From: Octopus sinensis
Lineage: Eukaryota
Direction of reading: 5' to 3'
NCBI RefSeq assembly: GCF_006345805.1
Contig: NC_042998.1
Location: 72,292,001-72,356,000, forward strand
DNA length: 64,000 bases
Below are positions 27,205 to 41,307 of the stretch, piece after piece. The translations under genes were made by a program, and so were the position numbers. How positions within the stretch are numbered: the first letter of the stretch is position 1; each line of letters begins with the position of its first letter. Below the pieces are notes generated by a model. It searched no databases. It was given only the letters and a program-made list of their open reading frames with translations, and was not told the DNA's origin.

Positions 27205-30200
27205 TTAGAATAACTTAACTTAGAAAGGTTTTTGGCCAGTATTGGCCCAGGCCATGTCTAACTTAATAGCACCACCTGGCGAAGTCTTTCAGTTCAGGAT
27301 TTGGGCACCAAGGCCCATTCGAGCAGAGAGTTATTGTTTGCGGAGACATATCCGGGTGTGGGTGGTTTGTCCGGTACTGTTTGAAGGAATTTGTCCAAAG
27401 ACTTCTTGAATTTTGTGTGGTCAGTTTCTTTTTTGACGTGTCCTGGTGTAATGTTGAAGAGAGCAGGTCCAAATGAGGTGAAATAGTTGTGCCGTATTGT
27501 CGTTATGTGATGCGATTTAGATTTTTGTTGTGGACGGATGCACGTGGTCCAAGCCTTGGATGCATTTTGAAGGTGATGCCAACATCATTCGGACAGCGCT
27601 GATGGAATATTTTCCACATCATACAGATAATGTAGCGTTCACGGCGTCGTTGGAGTGAATACAATTTCAGCTTCTCTAGTCTACCCCAGTAGTCAAGGTC
27701 TGACATGCCATCTATCTTTTTTGTGATTGACCTTTGGGGAGCTTCAATTCTCATAATATTTTGTTTTGTGTAGGGAGACCACAGTGGACAGCAGTATTCA
27801 AGGTGGGGTCGGGCAAAAGTGGAGAAGAGAAGGATAATAGCGTGGGAATCTCTCGACTGGAAGGTTCTGAGAATCCAGGAACACATTCTGCGGGCCATGT
27901 CAACTTTGCTGCTTATATGTGTAGCCCAGCTTATGTTGTTGTCCACTGTTACTCCCAGGTCTCTGATGTTGTTGGATGCCATGAGAATTTCTCCAGAAGA
28001 AGAGAGTATGGGAGTTTCAGAGCGTCCTCCCTTCCAAAGTGGATCAGTTCGAATTTGTCTTCATTTAGCAACATGTTATTCTTTTCCGCCCATTGGACAA
28101 CAGCCAGTAGGTCTGACTGAAGGTTTATTCGGTCATCCACGCCATTGATGACCTTCTGGAGCTTGGAATCATCAGCGAAGGTTCTGATGTTGCTGTGTTT
28201 GATGGTGTCAGTAATATCATTTATGTAGATGATGAAGAGAAGTGGGCCCAACACAGTGCCTTGTGGGACACCACTGCTGACTTTGGCTGGGCTGGATTTG
28301 ACTCCCCCGACTACAACATGTTGGGTTCTGTTAGAGAGGAAGCACTTGATCCATTGCAGCAGCTTTCCAGTGACACCAATATTGGACAGCTTTCTCAGAA
28401 GGATCTTATGATCAACCCTGTCAAAGGCCTTGCTGAAATCAAGGTAGATGACATCAGTGTTGGAACCCTCTCCCAAGGCTCTCAAAATGTCATCAAAATG
28501 ATGCAGTAGCTGCGTCAGGCAATCTCTCCCATTACGGAATCCATGCTGGTTGGGGTTCAGCATATTATGACTCTCAAGGAAGTGAGTCATACGCGATCTC
28601 AGCACCCTCTCAAATACCTTGATGATATGAGAGGTGAGTGAGATTGGACGGTAATTCACGGCAAGCGATTTGTTTCCTTTTTTGAAAACTGGGACAACAG
28701 ACTGGGATAGAAGGTCTTCTGGTATATATCCAGCATCCAGTGAGTTCCGCCACAGATTGGCTAGAGGGGGTGCAAGTTGGTTTTGACACATCTTCAAGAC
28801 ACAAGCAGGGAACCTATCGGGACCTACTGCTGAATTATGCTTCATTTCCTTTATTGCTGCTAAGACATCAGGAGCGCCAAATGTTATGTCCGATAAAGTG
28901 TATTGGGGAGTAACATCACTGATACTGCCCAGATCAGTCATATCAGGATTGCTGAAAACAGAGCAATATTGTTTCTGCAATATTTCTCCCATGGTTTTGG
29001 CATTGTCTTGAAGAGTACCATTTTCATCAATCAGAGGGCCAACAGTAGAACCAGTGACTCTGTGTTTTTTTGCAAATGAAAAGAACACTTTGGGATTGAG
29101 TTTGATCTTCTCAATGTCCCAGGCCTCTTCAGCTCTTCGCTGACTATTGATGATAGACATCATGTTGTTTTGGAGCTTATGTTTTTTAATCTCTAGCGAC
29201 GAGATGGCAGTCAGGTTGGTGTGTTGCTGTTGACAGTATTTCAGCATGTTGATCTTTTTGTTGATTCTTTTAATTTTCCTTATGAGAGATTTTCTATTTC
29301 TAGGGATTCGACACTTAGATTTGTTTGCAGATCTTAATGGGGTGTGTCTTGCACATATGTTCGTGATGGTGTCTACAAGTGACTGCCAGGACTTTTTGAT
29401 GTTAGTGGGTGTGTATGTGTGCGTGAAGGACCAATCGACTTGTGCAAGATCATTATTGATCGCTTCCCAGTTTGCATTGTGGAAATCCATAGTGTCAAAT
29501 GGATGAACAGGAGGAATGACATTTGTTTTGCATTTTGGCCAGTGAAATCTCAGATCACAGAGAACCATGTCATGGTCGGAGAGTAGGGTTTTCTCCACTG
29601 CAATATTGTGGATAGTATCAGTGTGATTGCTGAAAATTAAGTCTAGACGTTTTTGTGACATCTCGTTGGTTCGAGTACCAGTTGGGACAAGAAGAAGTCA
29701 TCCATGAAGTCAAGAAGCGATTCCACTGCCTCCCTGTCAGGGGTTGAGAGAGAAGAACCTGGCGGCAGACTGTTTGTAGACCAGTCAACCCCGGGAAGGT
29801 TGAAATCTCCCATCATTAAAATGTTGTCAGGTTGACACTGCTGAATGAAACACTTTATGCTGTTGAGGCATTCCTTGAAGCATGGTAGGGGCGTTTGGGG
29901 TGGTCTGTAGAGCCCAACTACTGTTAAGTTGTTGGTTTGACTGAATACAGCGACTGCTTCGCAGTATCCATTCGAAAATATGTTCATGGCTTCTGTTGAG
30001 AATGAATCATGGACATAAATGGCAGTCCCACCCTTTCTTCTGCCAACACGATCAGCACGAATGGTTTTGAAATTTTTAACTTTCACCTCGGCTTCCAAGT
30101 GGAGGTCACTAAGATGGGTTTCAGTGAGGACGAAGAAAGGGATGTGGTTTGGATGGGCCTCGACCCAGTCCTCCAGGAATCTTATCTTCCATTTTTGTGT

Positions 30201-30370
30201 ATTGGTGGAAGGGCTGATGCCTTGGGCATTAAGTAGAAATGTTGAGGCGAGAGTGGATGGTTTTAATTGTTTTGGTTTCGAGTGGGTGTGTAGGTGCGTG
30301 TGTGTGTGTGAGCTGTGAAAGGTGTAGATGATAGTTTGTTGAAGTTTTGGCGACCTTTGTGACCTGTAGG
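27200..30370 (-). mobile_element. CR1-group LINE (APE-RT), 5'-truncated, ORF2 nearly intact
   Basis: APE motifs LNAQG, ETHL, YRPP, GDFNLP, LDLIF, SDHD; RT motifs DFSKAFD, GVPQGTVLGPLLF, FADD; C-terminal YSLQRRRERY; frameshifts near 29650 and 27975. Confidence 0.92.
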
Positions 30371-30922
30371 AGGTAAATTCCTTGAGATAGCATTAGTAGT
30401 ATATTTAAGCAAGCAGGAATAACAAGCATGTTTGCACTCCTCACACAAAGACGTATGAGATGGCTTGGGCATGTTAGCCGTATGAAAGATGGCAGAATCC
30501 CCAAGGACATACTCTACGGAGAGCTTGCTAGGGGTACTAGGTCTGTGGGTAGACCGTTCTTACGTTACAAGGATGTTTGCAAAAGGGACATGAAGGCCTG
30601 CAACATCAATATTAGCGGTTGGGAAGCAGTTGCCAGCAACCGTGGAGATTGTCGACGTGCCGTAAAAGAGGGAATACAAAGGAGTGACAGAGAGAGAGAG
30701 AGAGGAGAAATGGAAAGACAAGACGTCAACAAGAAACTATGGCATTACAACCAGCCAGGAACAGTCTTCACTACATTTGCGGTACCTGCCAGAGGGAGTG
30801 TTTGTCCAGGATAGGACTACACAGCCACAGCAGGAAATGTATCAGGACATGAAATGTAAAAGCCGGACTAGACTATTTTATGCGCAACTCCATTGTCTCA
30901 TGAGACAAAAAGGATGTCAACC
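30370..30922 (+). mobile_element. RTE (BovB-like) 3' fragment
   Basis: RRMRWLGHVSRMKDGRIPKDILYGEL..G.RSVGRP; end ccattgtctcatgagacaaaaggatgtcaacc. Confidence 0.85.
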
Positions 30923-30958
30923 AATATATATATGTTTGTGTGTGTGTGTGTGTGTATA

Positions 30959-32315
30959 CAGGGTGGACCTAAAGTAGATTTACAGTTATCACGTAGGCAT
31001 TTAAAATTTCTTTTAAAACGTATTACATTTAAATTTCTATCTTGCAATGATATTGTTTACACATATCTTAAACAGACAACGTTCAATCTTTCAGATGCTC
31101 AAAATGTCCTTCATTATTCCAGAAATCTTCACATCTCTTCAGAACACTCTTACACACACTGCGGCAGAAATTCCGATCTCCATCAATTTCAGTGAATGCA
31201 TCAGAAATGTAATCCGTTAATTCAATTACTGTTTTGGGATTCTTCTCAAATATCTTGTTCTTTACAACACTCCACAAAAAGAAATCCATTAGTGTCAGGT
31301 CTGGTGAAAGCGGTGGCCATTCGATTCTACCTCATCTTCCAAACCAACACTGTGGAAACGCTTGTTTAAGATAGTCTCTTAGTGTCAACGCATAATGTGG
31401 AGGTGCACCATCTTGCTGAACGAACAGATAATCAAACTTAGCTCTGGTTCTGAGTTGTGGTACTATTGCGCCACGAAGCATTTCCAAGTAGTTCTCTGCA
31501 TCTACCGTTCTATCATAGAAAACGGGCCCGATAATAACTTCGCTGGAGAGTGCACTCCAAACTGTAACACCAATTAAGGTTCAGATGAGATACTATGGTC
31601 CAATGGGGATATTCATAAGTCCAGTACACGGAGTTATAGCTTTTTACTTGACTGGATAATTTGAAGCTAAGCCTCATCTGACAAGGTAATCTTAGCTAGA
31701 TAGTCTGCTTCCTCATTACCAATTTGGTCACGCATCATTTCGCACAATCGCAGCCGGTGATCTTGGTCGTACTCGAAAAGACCATGTACCAGTCGTGGAC
31801 GGAAATGTTTTAATTTCAGTTTAGGCATTAGGCGTTGCAATGATGTTCTTGGTATGGACAGCTCATGAGAAGCACGTCATGTGGACTTCTTTGGACTGTT
31901 CATAAATAACATAGCCAATAACATCTCATTCTTTTCAGTCACAAAGTCTTTGGGCATCCAGATTTTGGTGCATTACTCACTGAACCAGTGGCATCAAATT
32001 TATTTTTTCATCCAATATATTGTATAGCGTGAAGGTGTCAGAGTGCGAAAGGCTTCTTGCTATGATGTGCACACCTGCTCGGCATTTAGTATCCACTTTT
32101 TTTGCTCTTGATTTAAATTGTTTGCCATGGCTCAAACTTTACATTACCTGCAACAAAAGAAAAAAAATTACAAACTGCAAAGGGAGCTTAACAAAATTAA
32201 CTAAATTTGTATAGAATAATGGTTTCCGTTTTTTTATTAATTAAAATCTAAACTGTTAATATATGAATGCGAAAGAGATAGTTCAATAACTGTAAACATA
32301 CTTTTGAGTCACAAA
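30959..32315 (-). mobile_element. Tc1/mariner transposon, DD41D (rosa-type), defective
   Basis: TA|cagggtggacctaaagtagatttacagttat and degenerate inverse near 32286-32315; SDEA; QQDGAPPH...WPPLSPDLTLMDFFLW with 41 residues between the two Ds. Confidence 0.85.
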
Positions 32316-32782
32316 CAATGCCAATCCATTTAAAACTGCAACCACTTGAACAGGAACAGAATGACCCTCTCCCTACATCTACACATTCAAACGAGTTTTC
32401 CAACAGCTCTTCAGTGGCAGCACACTCTGATAAGTTCAGGGGCTACTTCTGAATTCAGGCCACGGGCAAACAAAGAAAATGAACTTGAAGCCAAGGATTT
32501 TGAACATACGGAGACAATATTTACATAATAACCTGAGGAGCTATAGATGCCCAAACGAACCCAACCCTGGAGTTACATATGATACTACTATTGGATATCA
32601 CAGGGTAACTGTGAATGTCGGCGAGTTTTATACTGTACTATACTACAGTCAGAATATACCATAACTATGTATATGCACACAAAATATATTGCATTCACAA
32701 TATATATCGATCAGCAAGAAACGAAAAAATAAGAGAAAGGCATACGTTAGACTATTCCACTCATTACACATCATAGCTATCA

Positions 32783-32842
<60 letters not shown>

Positions 32843-32916
32843 ATCTGTCTCTCTATCTGTCTGTTTGTCTGTCTGCCTGTCTCTGTCTATCTGCCTGTCT
32901 GCCTATTCATGTATCT

Positions 32917-32974
<58 letters not shown>

Positions 32975-32977
32975 GTA

Positions 32978-33400
32978 ACGTAAAGTATAATAGCCATCTC
33001 AATATGGGTAACCACAAAGGGTGGGTGTTACTGTAGCTTTTAGCTCCAGGAGATCATCGTCTCTAGCTGGCTTTAGGCACACTATCTGTGCCCTTATGGT
33101 ATTTGCAAAGGGTGGTCATCCCTCTCTCAGAAGCCTAAGTGATATGCACGGACCGGAGTTTCGAGGTAGTTGCCTCTTGTCAACGGGCGGTAATCACCGG
33201 TTTACGATGAAAAGGAAGACATGTATGCAAATACTTAAGTGTTTTTCTAGTAACTTCCGTCACTGATTTCGAAAAACTGTCTGCAAGCAATAATAAATCT
33301 CTGAACGAGATGTAAACAGTAACCGCTCGACAACGTAAAGTATAATAGCCATCTCAATATGGCTAACCACAAAGGGTGGGTGTTACTGTAGCTTTTAATA
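32978..33400 (-). repeat. Helitron-family internal fragment with ~65-bp direct repeat ~357 bp apart
   Basis: acgtaaagtataatagccatctcaatatgg.taaccacaaagggtgggtgttactgtagctttt at ~32978 and ~33335; reverse complement occurs at ~26670-26730 in the Helitron. Confidence 0.65.
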
Positions 33401-35257
33401 GCACAACAAAATAAATTAGGGATTTTAAAATTCAAGTAGAAATTCTTTAAGCACTCTGTTATAATCCGAACTTCGCTCACTATATCGACTAATAGGAAAA
33501 ATTAAGAAACGTGTAGATCAAACAATTGCAGTTGAAATCCCATTCTATTAGTAAATCTTTCGGAAAACTTCGCATAAAATCCCTGTGCATATTGGAAGAA
33601 CACAATGGAGAATGAAAAATTACACGTAGTTAATGAATATTTTACAGCATATCAATTCCTTTCACTTAAGGGTCACCTCAATGCACAATATTTGAAAGAC
33701 AAAACGGAATAGAAATGACAAAACGGAGATTCGAAAGAGAGAAAATCATTGAAGAGGTTACAGAATATTTACTTTCCTTCTTCAAATCATCTTTATGCCT
33801 TATTCTATATCTGTATCCTATATATTACCACGTTTTGCATTACGATATTTAAAATCGATTCCCCCTCACCAACATGCCAACAAAACGTCTTCAAGTCAAT
33901 AAAATTTAAATATTCCCCACCTACATATGTCATAGTGATGTCCCCTCCTACTAAACCACTTGAATCTTTTCTGTTTTGGTTTAGCAAGGTTATTCAAACG
34001 ATAAGCGTCAATCAGGGAATCATCAAATATGTATGTGCCGTGGATATAGAATTTTTCTTAAATGTCCTTAATTCTGTCATTCGTTTGAAGAAAACGGTTT
34101 TTGTAATGATATACTGTACTCATAGATCAATTAAAAATTCGCTTCAAATGGCTGTAATGAAATGACAGCTATCCATCATTTTTTTCTTTATTTATAATTC
34201 ATCTCTCTTGGAACCTGCATCTCGCGGTATCCGAAGTATCTTTCAGACCGTATATTTAATACAATGTACATTTCAGAATTGGCCCAAGGGCTGAAGATAT
34301 ACTCAGTTGGGTTCAATTAATTGCATACATAACATGAATATCCTTCTGCCATTACTTCGTTACCAATGTTGGTATTCGAATGTAGTTGCTGTGTATGCAT
34401 TCTAGTTCTGATCCAACCAACTGCCTTAACTTTAAGTACCTTATTCAACAGAATCTTAATTTATTTTATGTGTGTGTGTACGCGCGCGAACACACGCACA
34501 CATATATACATGTAAGCATATACATATATAGTCATAAACATATACACAGACATCCAAACTCACTCACACACACACACACATATATCTATATACATACGTA
34601 CGTATGCATCAACTGTGTTATATTTATGTAACTTGTTACATCTATTTTCATATTTATTTTGGCGGAGATATTATCAAGATTGTGCATATTGGAACACAGA
34701 CTTCTCTTAGCGTTCAATATCATTATTTGTATTGGGTAATTTAGTATTCATTCATGTAACTTAGCTCAGTTCAAAGTAAGCAGTATATTTATTATCAGTA
34801 ATTATATTTTAAAACACAATAAGCCATATCGAAACTTCTCAGACATTTTGCCTCATTGTTGGCTTCTCAAAAGTATTACCAGCTATACTACATAATAAAT
34901 CACATTGACATAGAATGCTATAAACACACATACACACGTAACTAGTTACATGTACATAAATTTGCACTTATGGTCACATATATAGAGACACACACTCACA
35001 TATATATATTTATATATATATATAAATACTATTATATAAATATGTTTATGTATGTATATATATATATATATACATATACAGCGAGAAGACAAAGAGAGAG
35101 AGACAGAGAGAGACAGAGAGAGACAGAGACAGAAAAAGAGAGAGAGAGAGACTTAGATAGACAAGGGGCAGGGACGGGCCAAAATCAAAGATAAACGACT
35201 TAATAACATATGTTCATGTAGGATGTGCGTTTTTAGAGGGCTGTATCTATCTCTCAC

Positions 35258-35289
<32 letters not shown>

Positions 35290-35301
35290 ATATATATATA
35301 A

Positions 35302-35695
35302 TACTCTTTTACTCTTTTACTCTTTTACTTGTTTCAGTCATTTGACTGCGGCCATGCTGGAGCACCGCCTTAGTCGACCAAATCGACCCCGGGTCTTATT
35401 CTTTGTAAGCCCAGTACTTTTCTATCGGTCTCTTTTGCCGAACCGCTAAGTGACGGGGACGTAAACACACCAGCATCGGCTGTCAAGCAATGCTAGGGGG
35501 ACAAACACAGACACACATACATATACATATATACGACAGGCTTCTTTCAGTTTCCGTCTACCAAATCCACTCACAAGGCATTGGTCGGCCGGGGCTATAG
35601 CAGAAGACACTTGCCCAAGATGCCACGCAGGGGGACTGAACCCGGAACCATGTGGTTGGTTAGCAAGCTACTTACCACACAGCCACTCCTGCGCC
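35302..35695 (-). mobile_element. tRNA-type SINE (family A), full length
   Basis: Reverse complement of the 2684-3102 family; (tactcttt)n tail. Confidence 0.85.
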
Positions 35696-35734
35696 TAATA
35701 TATATATATATATATATATATCGATAGTTATACA

Positions 35735-35772
<38 letters not shown>

Positions 35773-35779
35773 TAGATAG

Positions 35780-35840
<61 letters not shown>

Positions 35841-37164
35841 GGATAGATAGATAGATAGATAGATAGATAAGCGTCTTTGGACAAAATGTACTTCTTTAAT
35901 TTCAAAAGATGAAAAGAGAAAAATGTTTAAATAGAAACATAGACAAGAGAAATGAGAAGCTGCAGGCTTAAGAAATTCTTGGTGATGGTTTAAGTATGCG
36001 GACACACAAATACACACACTATGCATATTTGTGTGTCTGCTTATGCTGGTGGGTGCTGGTATGGATGCGTGTGATTAAATATATAGATAAAGATGACATA
36101 AATTATTGTTGAATCAAAGAAACAAAACCTATCTTCACAATATTCTATTCTGTATTTGAAGCGATTGTTCATTTTGATGGAAGTTCCAGGGAAAATCCTT
36201 TCAAAGGCTACAATGCATACAATAGGAATATAAAACATAATTGTTAATAGATGAAATATTTTTAATCTGTACGTTGTGAATAGCGTCGTAAATCTCTAAT
36301 ACATACGTCTTTCTATTCTACGTCAAGTATCCTTTCGTTTTTAATGTATTGTTTAACTCCTGACAAAAGCCGACCATTATTGACAATTCGATATGCCATT
36401 CTGAAGAGCACATTGTACTATTTAAACATAGCTGTCGCTGCCGTTGATTATCGGCCCAATTCAGCCCTCAATGAACAAACAACGATCAAAGGCATTTCAG
36501 TTGTTGGGGACTGCATTATCTGAAGTGTAGTTCTTTATTGAAAGTAGTGGTGTATGGTTTGTGAGTGTTTATTGTAGTTATTTTTAGAATATCGACCAAA
36601 GACACTGAGTCTCCTTCGTAGGATAACTACAACAGGTATATTTACTAGTATCAAATTATATGTGTTAGGTACATGAGTGGTATGTTATGGTTTTATCATT
36701 ATTTAAACAAATTAGTCTGGTAATGGTGAAGGTTCCAAATTTTACTGCAAGTACCCTCTGTATCACTCCCGCTGTTTCCAATTATATTGATATACATAGG
36801 TGTCAATTATATTGATATACAAGTCACGCAAGGCACTGAGTAAGTCAAACATATTACCTTTCCCCTTGAAAAAGACGCGATAAGATTACATGCAATTCAA
36901 AATAGTACGTGTTGCCTATACACACTCAAAGTCAATTATTTGTATCATAGATTTTAACATACAAATGAGTACTAAAATGTTACAGTAGACGTTCTCTGTG
37001 GAACAAACCAGTTGTAGTTCAGTCTTCCGCCGCTAGAGGCCACTTGACACAACTCTCAGGCATTAGTCTGATTACCGGCTTCGTTGTTTGCAGTCCTACT
37101 GCTACGTGCTGCGTCTTCGGTTTGCAGTTCTTCTCCCCAGTTCGTTGATTCTTGCGGAAGCTCA

Positions 37165-37632
37165 AAAGTAGGGACAGTGTGTCTCCGTGAAATTTTGTTT
37201 TCTACTAGAGAAAACGGCAGCTGAAACAGCTGTGATGTTTCAAATAAGTTACAAGAATGCTGCTATGAACAAAACACAAGTTGTTTCCACGCTTCAAGAA
37301 TGGTCACTTGTCGCTTGAAGACTAATTGCTTTGAGAACGATCGTCAACCTCCCGAACGAATGAAAACAAAATGAAATTTCACAGTAGTGATCTTGGAGGA
37401 CCGTGACCAAAAATTGACGAACTTGTTGATAAGACTGGTGTGTCCTGGAACTCCTGCCAACGAATTTTGAATGAGAAAGTGTGAATGAAAAGAGTTACAG
37501 CAAAGTTTGTGCCTTGCTTGCTCACGGGAGATAAAAAGCAATCACGATTGAATGCGTGTTGAGAACTGAAATAACGGTTAGAAGTTGATCTTGACCTTTT
37601 TTCGAAGGTCATTCCTAGTAATGAAAGCTGGT
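37165..37632 (+). mobile_element. Mariner transposase N-terminal fragment
   Basis: VKFCFLLEKTAAETAVM; RFKNGHLSLED; SW.SCQRIL; MKRV.AKFVP.LLT; truncated near the first catalytic D. Confidence 0.75.
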
Positions 37633-37759
37633 ACGTTGTCTTATGTATGTATGCATGTATGTAGATCTTCTATTTTGTGGAACAATTATTATATATCTTC
37701 TATTCAGGAGGGAGATGGTTTCCAACAAAGAGACAAGACTCCATCTTTGGGATGTATTT

Positions 37760-39110
37760 AACACAGACAAAATTCACATTCGGAACTTGAGGAAAGTCTT
37801 ACATATTTTTACTATTCTACTAACAGATTGCACTGGTAATGCATGAATTAGCCGGTCGATATCCCTTTGCGAAAATCTGTTTATCCAGATTCTCCTCTAA
37901 GTATTTGCTAACAAAATCTAATGTTCCAATTATTATTGGTATGAATATGAATTTATATTCAGCATATAAAAGCTAGAGATTTCGAAGCAGTTGTCCATAA
38001 ATATCCTCTTTTTCTTTGATTTTCAAAGAGATATTTATATCAGCAGGGTAGCTGACTTCTATGACGGTACATATCTTTGTCCCCTATCACAGATAACAAT
38101 GTCCGGCCTGTTATGTTTACATTTGACAGAAGTTTTGAAGGCAATATCCCACCATAATAGAGGGATTTTCTAAGTTTATTTTCTGACATTTTTTTCTTCC
38201 GGATAGCATTGTAAAATGTTTTAGCAATGACATCGTGCCGCATAGGTAAGTATTACTGTGACGAAATTTTAGGACAGCTACTAGTCACATGCGTGATGTC
38301 TTCCACAGGAAAATGACATACCCTACACGTGCAGTTTCACCTTTGGATGACAAGAGCGTCACTGTCTCTCTTGTGGTAATCTACTGATCCTGGTTTGCAA
38401 ACGCATAACCTTCAAAGTGTGATGATGTCGTCTTGTGTCCAAGAGAGGCTGCGCTTCGTGTCAATTCTACTCTTTTCTTCACGATTCCGGGCAACATGCC
38501 CATGAATAGTCATTTTTTTTATTTAGTAGGCTGGGTGCTTTCCATCCAGTCCTTCTCTGAGGTAAGAGAGCCTAGTTCGTTTGGGACTGCATAGGAGATC
38601 ATCATGGAGAGAGTGCTAATTGAGGAGCTCGCTGCCAACTCGTACAATGGTGCACTCATCACTTTTCAGCACTGCAATTATATGTTTATTTTTGCTGCTG
38701 TTGTTCAGCGGGTGTTGCCTGAGTGATATCGTACGTCATTCGAAGGCCGTCGTCACTAATTTCAGGCCTCTACCACCACCATTTCTTCTTAGGTAGTGCC
38801 ATTGTTTCTGTGCAAGTTCCCAGTTGTTGTAAGGATTTTGCGGGTTTTGATATCTATGGAATGGATTTCCACTACAGACTAATGACGTATGTTGGGATCA
38901 GCACTGGTATAGCAAATGCTTTGTGGGGTATTGTTTTGTTGCAAGAGGATAGTTCCGATTGCGCAATAACACTACTCTATTATATGGAGAAAGGAGGATC
39001 CCTAGATCTTCAGCAATCTTACGCTAAGTCTACATTTAGATTGACCCACAAAACGAGCTCTTTGAAATCTGGACACTTCCAATATTTCTTTTGTACATGG
39101 CATAATTAAA
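37760..39110 (-). mobile_element. R4/Dong-type non-LTR element (RT C-terminus, CCHC, restriction-like endonuclease), degenerate
   Basis: HKAFAIPVL..IDIKTRKILTTTGNLH; SHFEGYAFA; CHFPVEDITHVTSSCPKIS..YLPMRHDVIAK; YKFIFIPIIIG. Confidence 0.7.
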
Positions 39111-39738
39111 CAGTCTCATAGAGAATCTGAAACAAAAATGTCCATTAAGAAAAATATATAAGCCTTTATATATATAATATACATTTTTGTGGCTGTGCAG
39201 TAAGTAGCTTGCTTACTTCCGGTTACCCAGAATGCAACACTAGTTCGTCTGGAGTGAGAAGACGCGTACTTTGTCTCTGTGAATAGAAAAAAAGAACAAA
39301 AAGAAAAATTGTCAATTATGGCTCTCTTTAGCGAGCAAATATATTGTGTTCTCATCACACTAACGGTGAATCAAGAATTTTTGCTTGAAAAGTCTTCGGT
39401 GTGGCTATTTTTCGCAAAAAAATTTACAAATGTTACTGGGCGTATCTCGCTAGAAAAATTGGAATTTACATAATTGGAGTATTTCAAGAATAACCCCGAC
39501 TATTCGATTATCTGTTGTATTATACAAATGATTTCTTGTTTGTTCTATTTGTGAGGTTTTCTTTTATTTTTCCCTTCTTCCATTTTTCTTTCTTTCTAAA
39601 TTTTGGTTCATTCTTTTCATTATTATAATTTCAGTTTCCTTACCTTCTCTGTTATTTTGTTTTACTTATATTTTTATTCGATTTTAATTTTTTTTTTGGC
39701 GGATTGGTTTTTGAACTTCTTTTGAACTGTTTTTTGGA

Positions 39739-41000
39739 CATGGCAGAAAATGAACTTAAAAAGAACTCTGTGTTCGAGTGGGAAATTAACACGCCTAAGC
39801 AGTGGTTAAAAGATATGGAGGAGAGGACTTTATTCTAAAGTTCTTGATTCCATCACCGTCTTTGCAAAACCAGTTATAGAAAATGAAGTGAAATATTATT
39901 AGTCCTCTGTGAAATACATATCCCGTGGTGTCAATCATGCAACCGTATGGTTGCTGTTTGACAACCGGCAAAAGGCTTGCACATTTGCGAGTCAGCCTTT
40001 AGAGGGTAACGAAATTCTGTTCCTCCAGTCGTATTGCGGGAGGAGATTGATAAGTGCCTGGGTATGTGGTTTGCCCCCAGGAACCGAGGCGGGTTGGTTT
40101 GAATATACCATCCGACGTGGACTGGCGGATAGCGAGCTCAGGCTCTTAAATGTAAGGGTATTGTCGGGGGGCGATTGGGAAGGGTCAAAAGCAATTTTGA
40201 CCCTATTGACCGCATCGGCCGCAACAAATCTGTCTTTTCCAGATTTTTTTTTTAAATGGCTGGCTGCAGGTATCCTGTGATAATTGAGGGTCATCTTCCC
40301 AAGATTAACTCGTGCCTGCAGCCAGGCCACATTAAGAACTGCCCCCAAGATCATGGTAAGTTCCTGGTACAGTCACTGGATGCCACCTCCCCTACCCGGT
40401 CAAAAGGAGAGGTGGATGTGGTTGAGAAGGCTTCAGCCGCCTCAACCCAAAATGGATTAAAAAGGAAGAAGGCGAGCAACAATAGTTGCCCACCGAAGAA
40501 TCCTAAGGCTTCGGGGGGTAGGGGAGAGACTCCGGACAAAGCGGAAGAGCTCAACTCTCCCGAAGTCAGGAAGAAAAGAAAAAAAAGAATGATGAATGGG
40601 TCATCACAGGGGGGAGATGATGTGGCGTCTGCATGTCGCGAAGTTGTGCCACCCACGGCGGAAGAATCGACTCCCACCCTTAAAGATGATGAATTACTGA
40701 TTTTTTTCTAGAAGGGTGGGAAAGTATAAAAATAGTAGAAGAACATAAAGAGACAGTAGACATGCCCTTCACACGGGATCCCGAATAGTCTCCGAAGATA
40801 GCTGTGGAGGTCATAGGGCTTCCCTTGTGAGAAAGGCTTAAAGGATTTGGGAAGGATTGTCGCATATGCCGGGTGGCCCTTACACGACTTAGATGTCCTA
40901 CATGAGTGAGGCAAGGAAAATGGCGGGATACAGGAACTCAAGCGACATTGAAGTTAATGATGAATATATCGATGGATATATCGATGAGAAGGAGGTGAAA
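39739..41000 (+). pseudogene. Gag/ORF1-like remnant with degenerate CCHC knuckle, possibly from an L1/Tx1-type element
   Basis: MAENELKK start; EGHLPKINSCLQPGHIKNCP resembles CX2CX4HX4C, followed by a K/E/S/P-rich tail; frameshifted; no ORF2 follows. Confidence 0.45.
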
Positions 41001-41307
41001 AAGCCTAGTTAGAGGGTTTGAAACTTAATCTTATTGTATTATTGGTAGTGGTTTATAAACTCAATTGTGTGTTTAAAAAAAGAACATGTTAAGTAAGAGG
41101 TTTTAATGCCTCCTTCTTGTAAGAGGTTTGAAACCTCATATTGAGTTAAAAAAAAGAAAATATGTTTTCGAGAAAAATCCAATCGGCGGGTGTTGGGTTT
41201 CGTCTCTCATTTATTCATTTTATTTCATTTTCATTCATTCATATGTTTGTCCAGTCCGCAAAGCTACACAATCTTTCTACTGTCTATATGACAAATTTTA
41301 TGAAATA

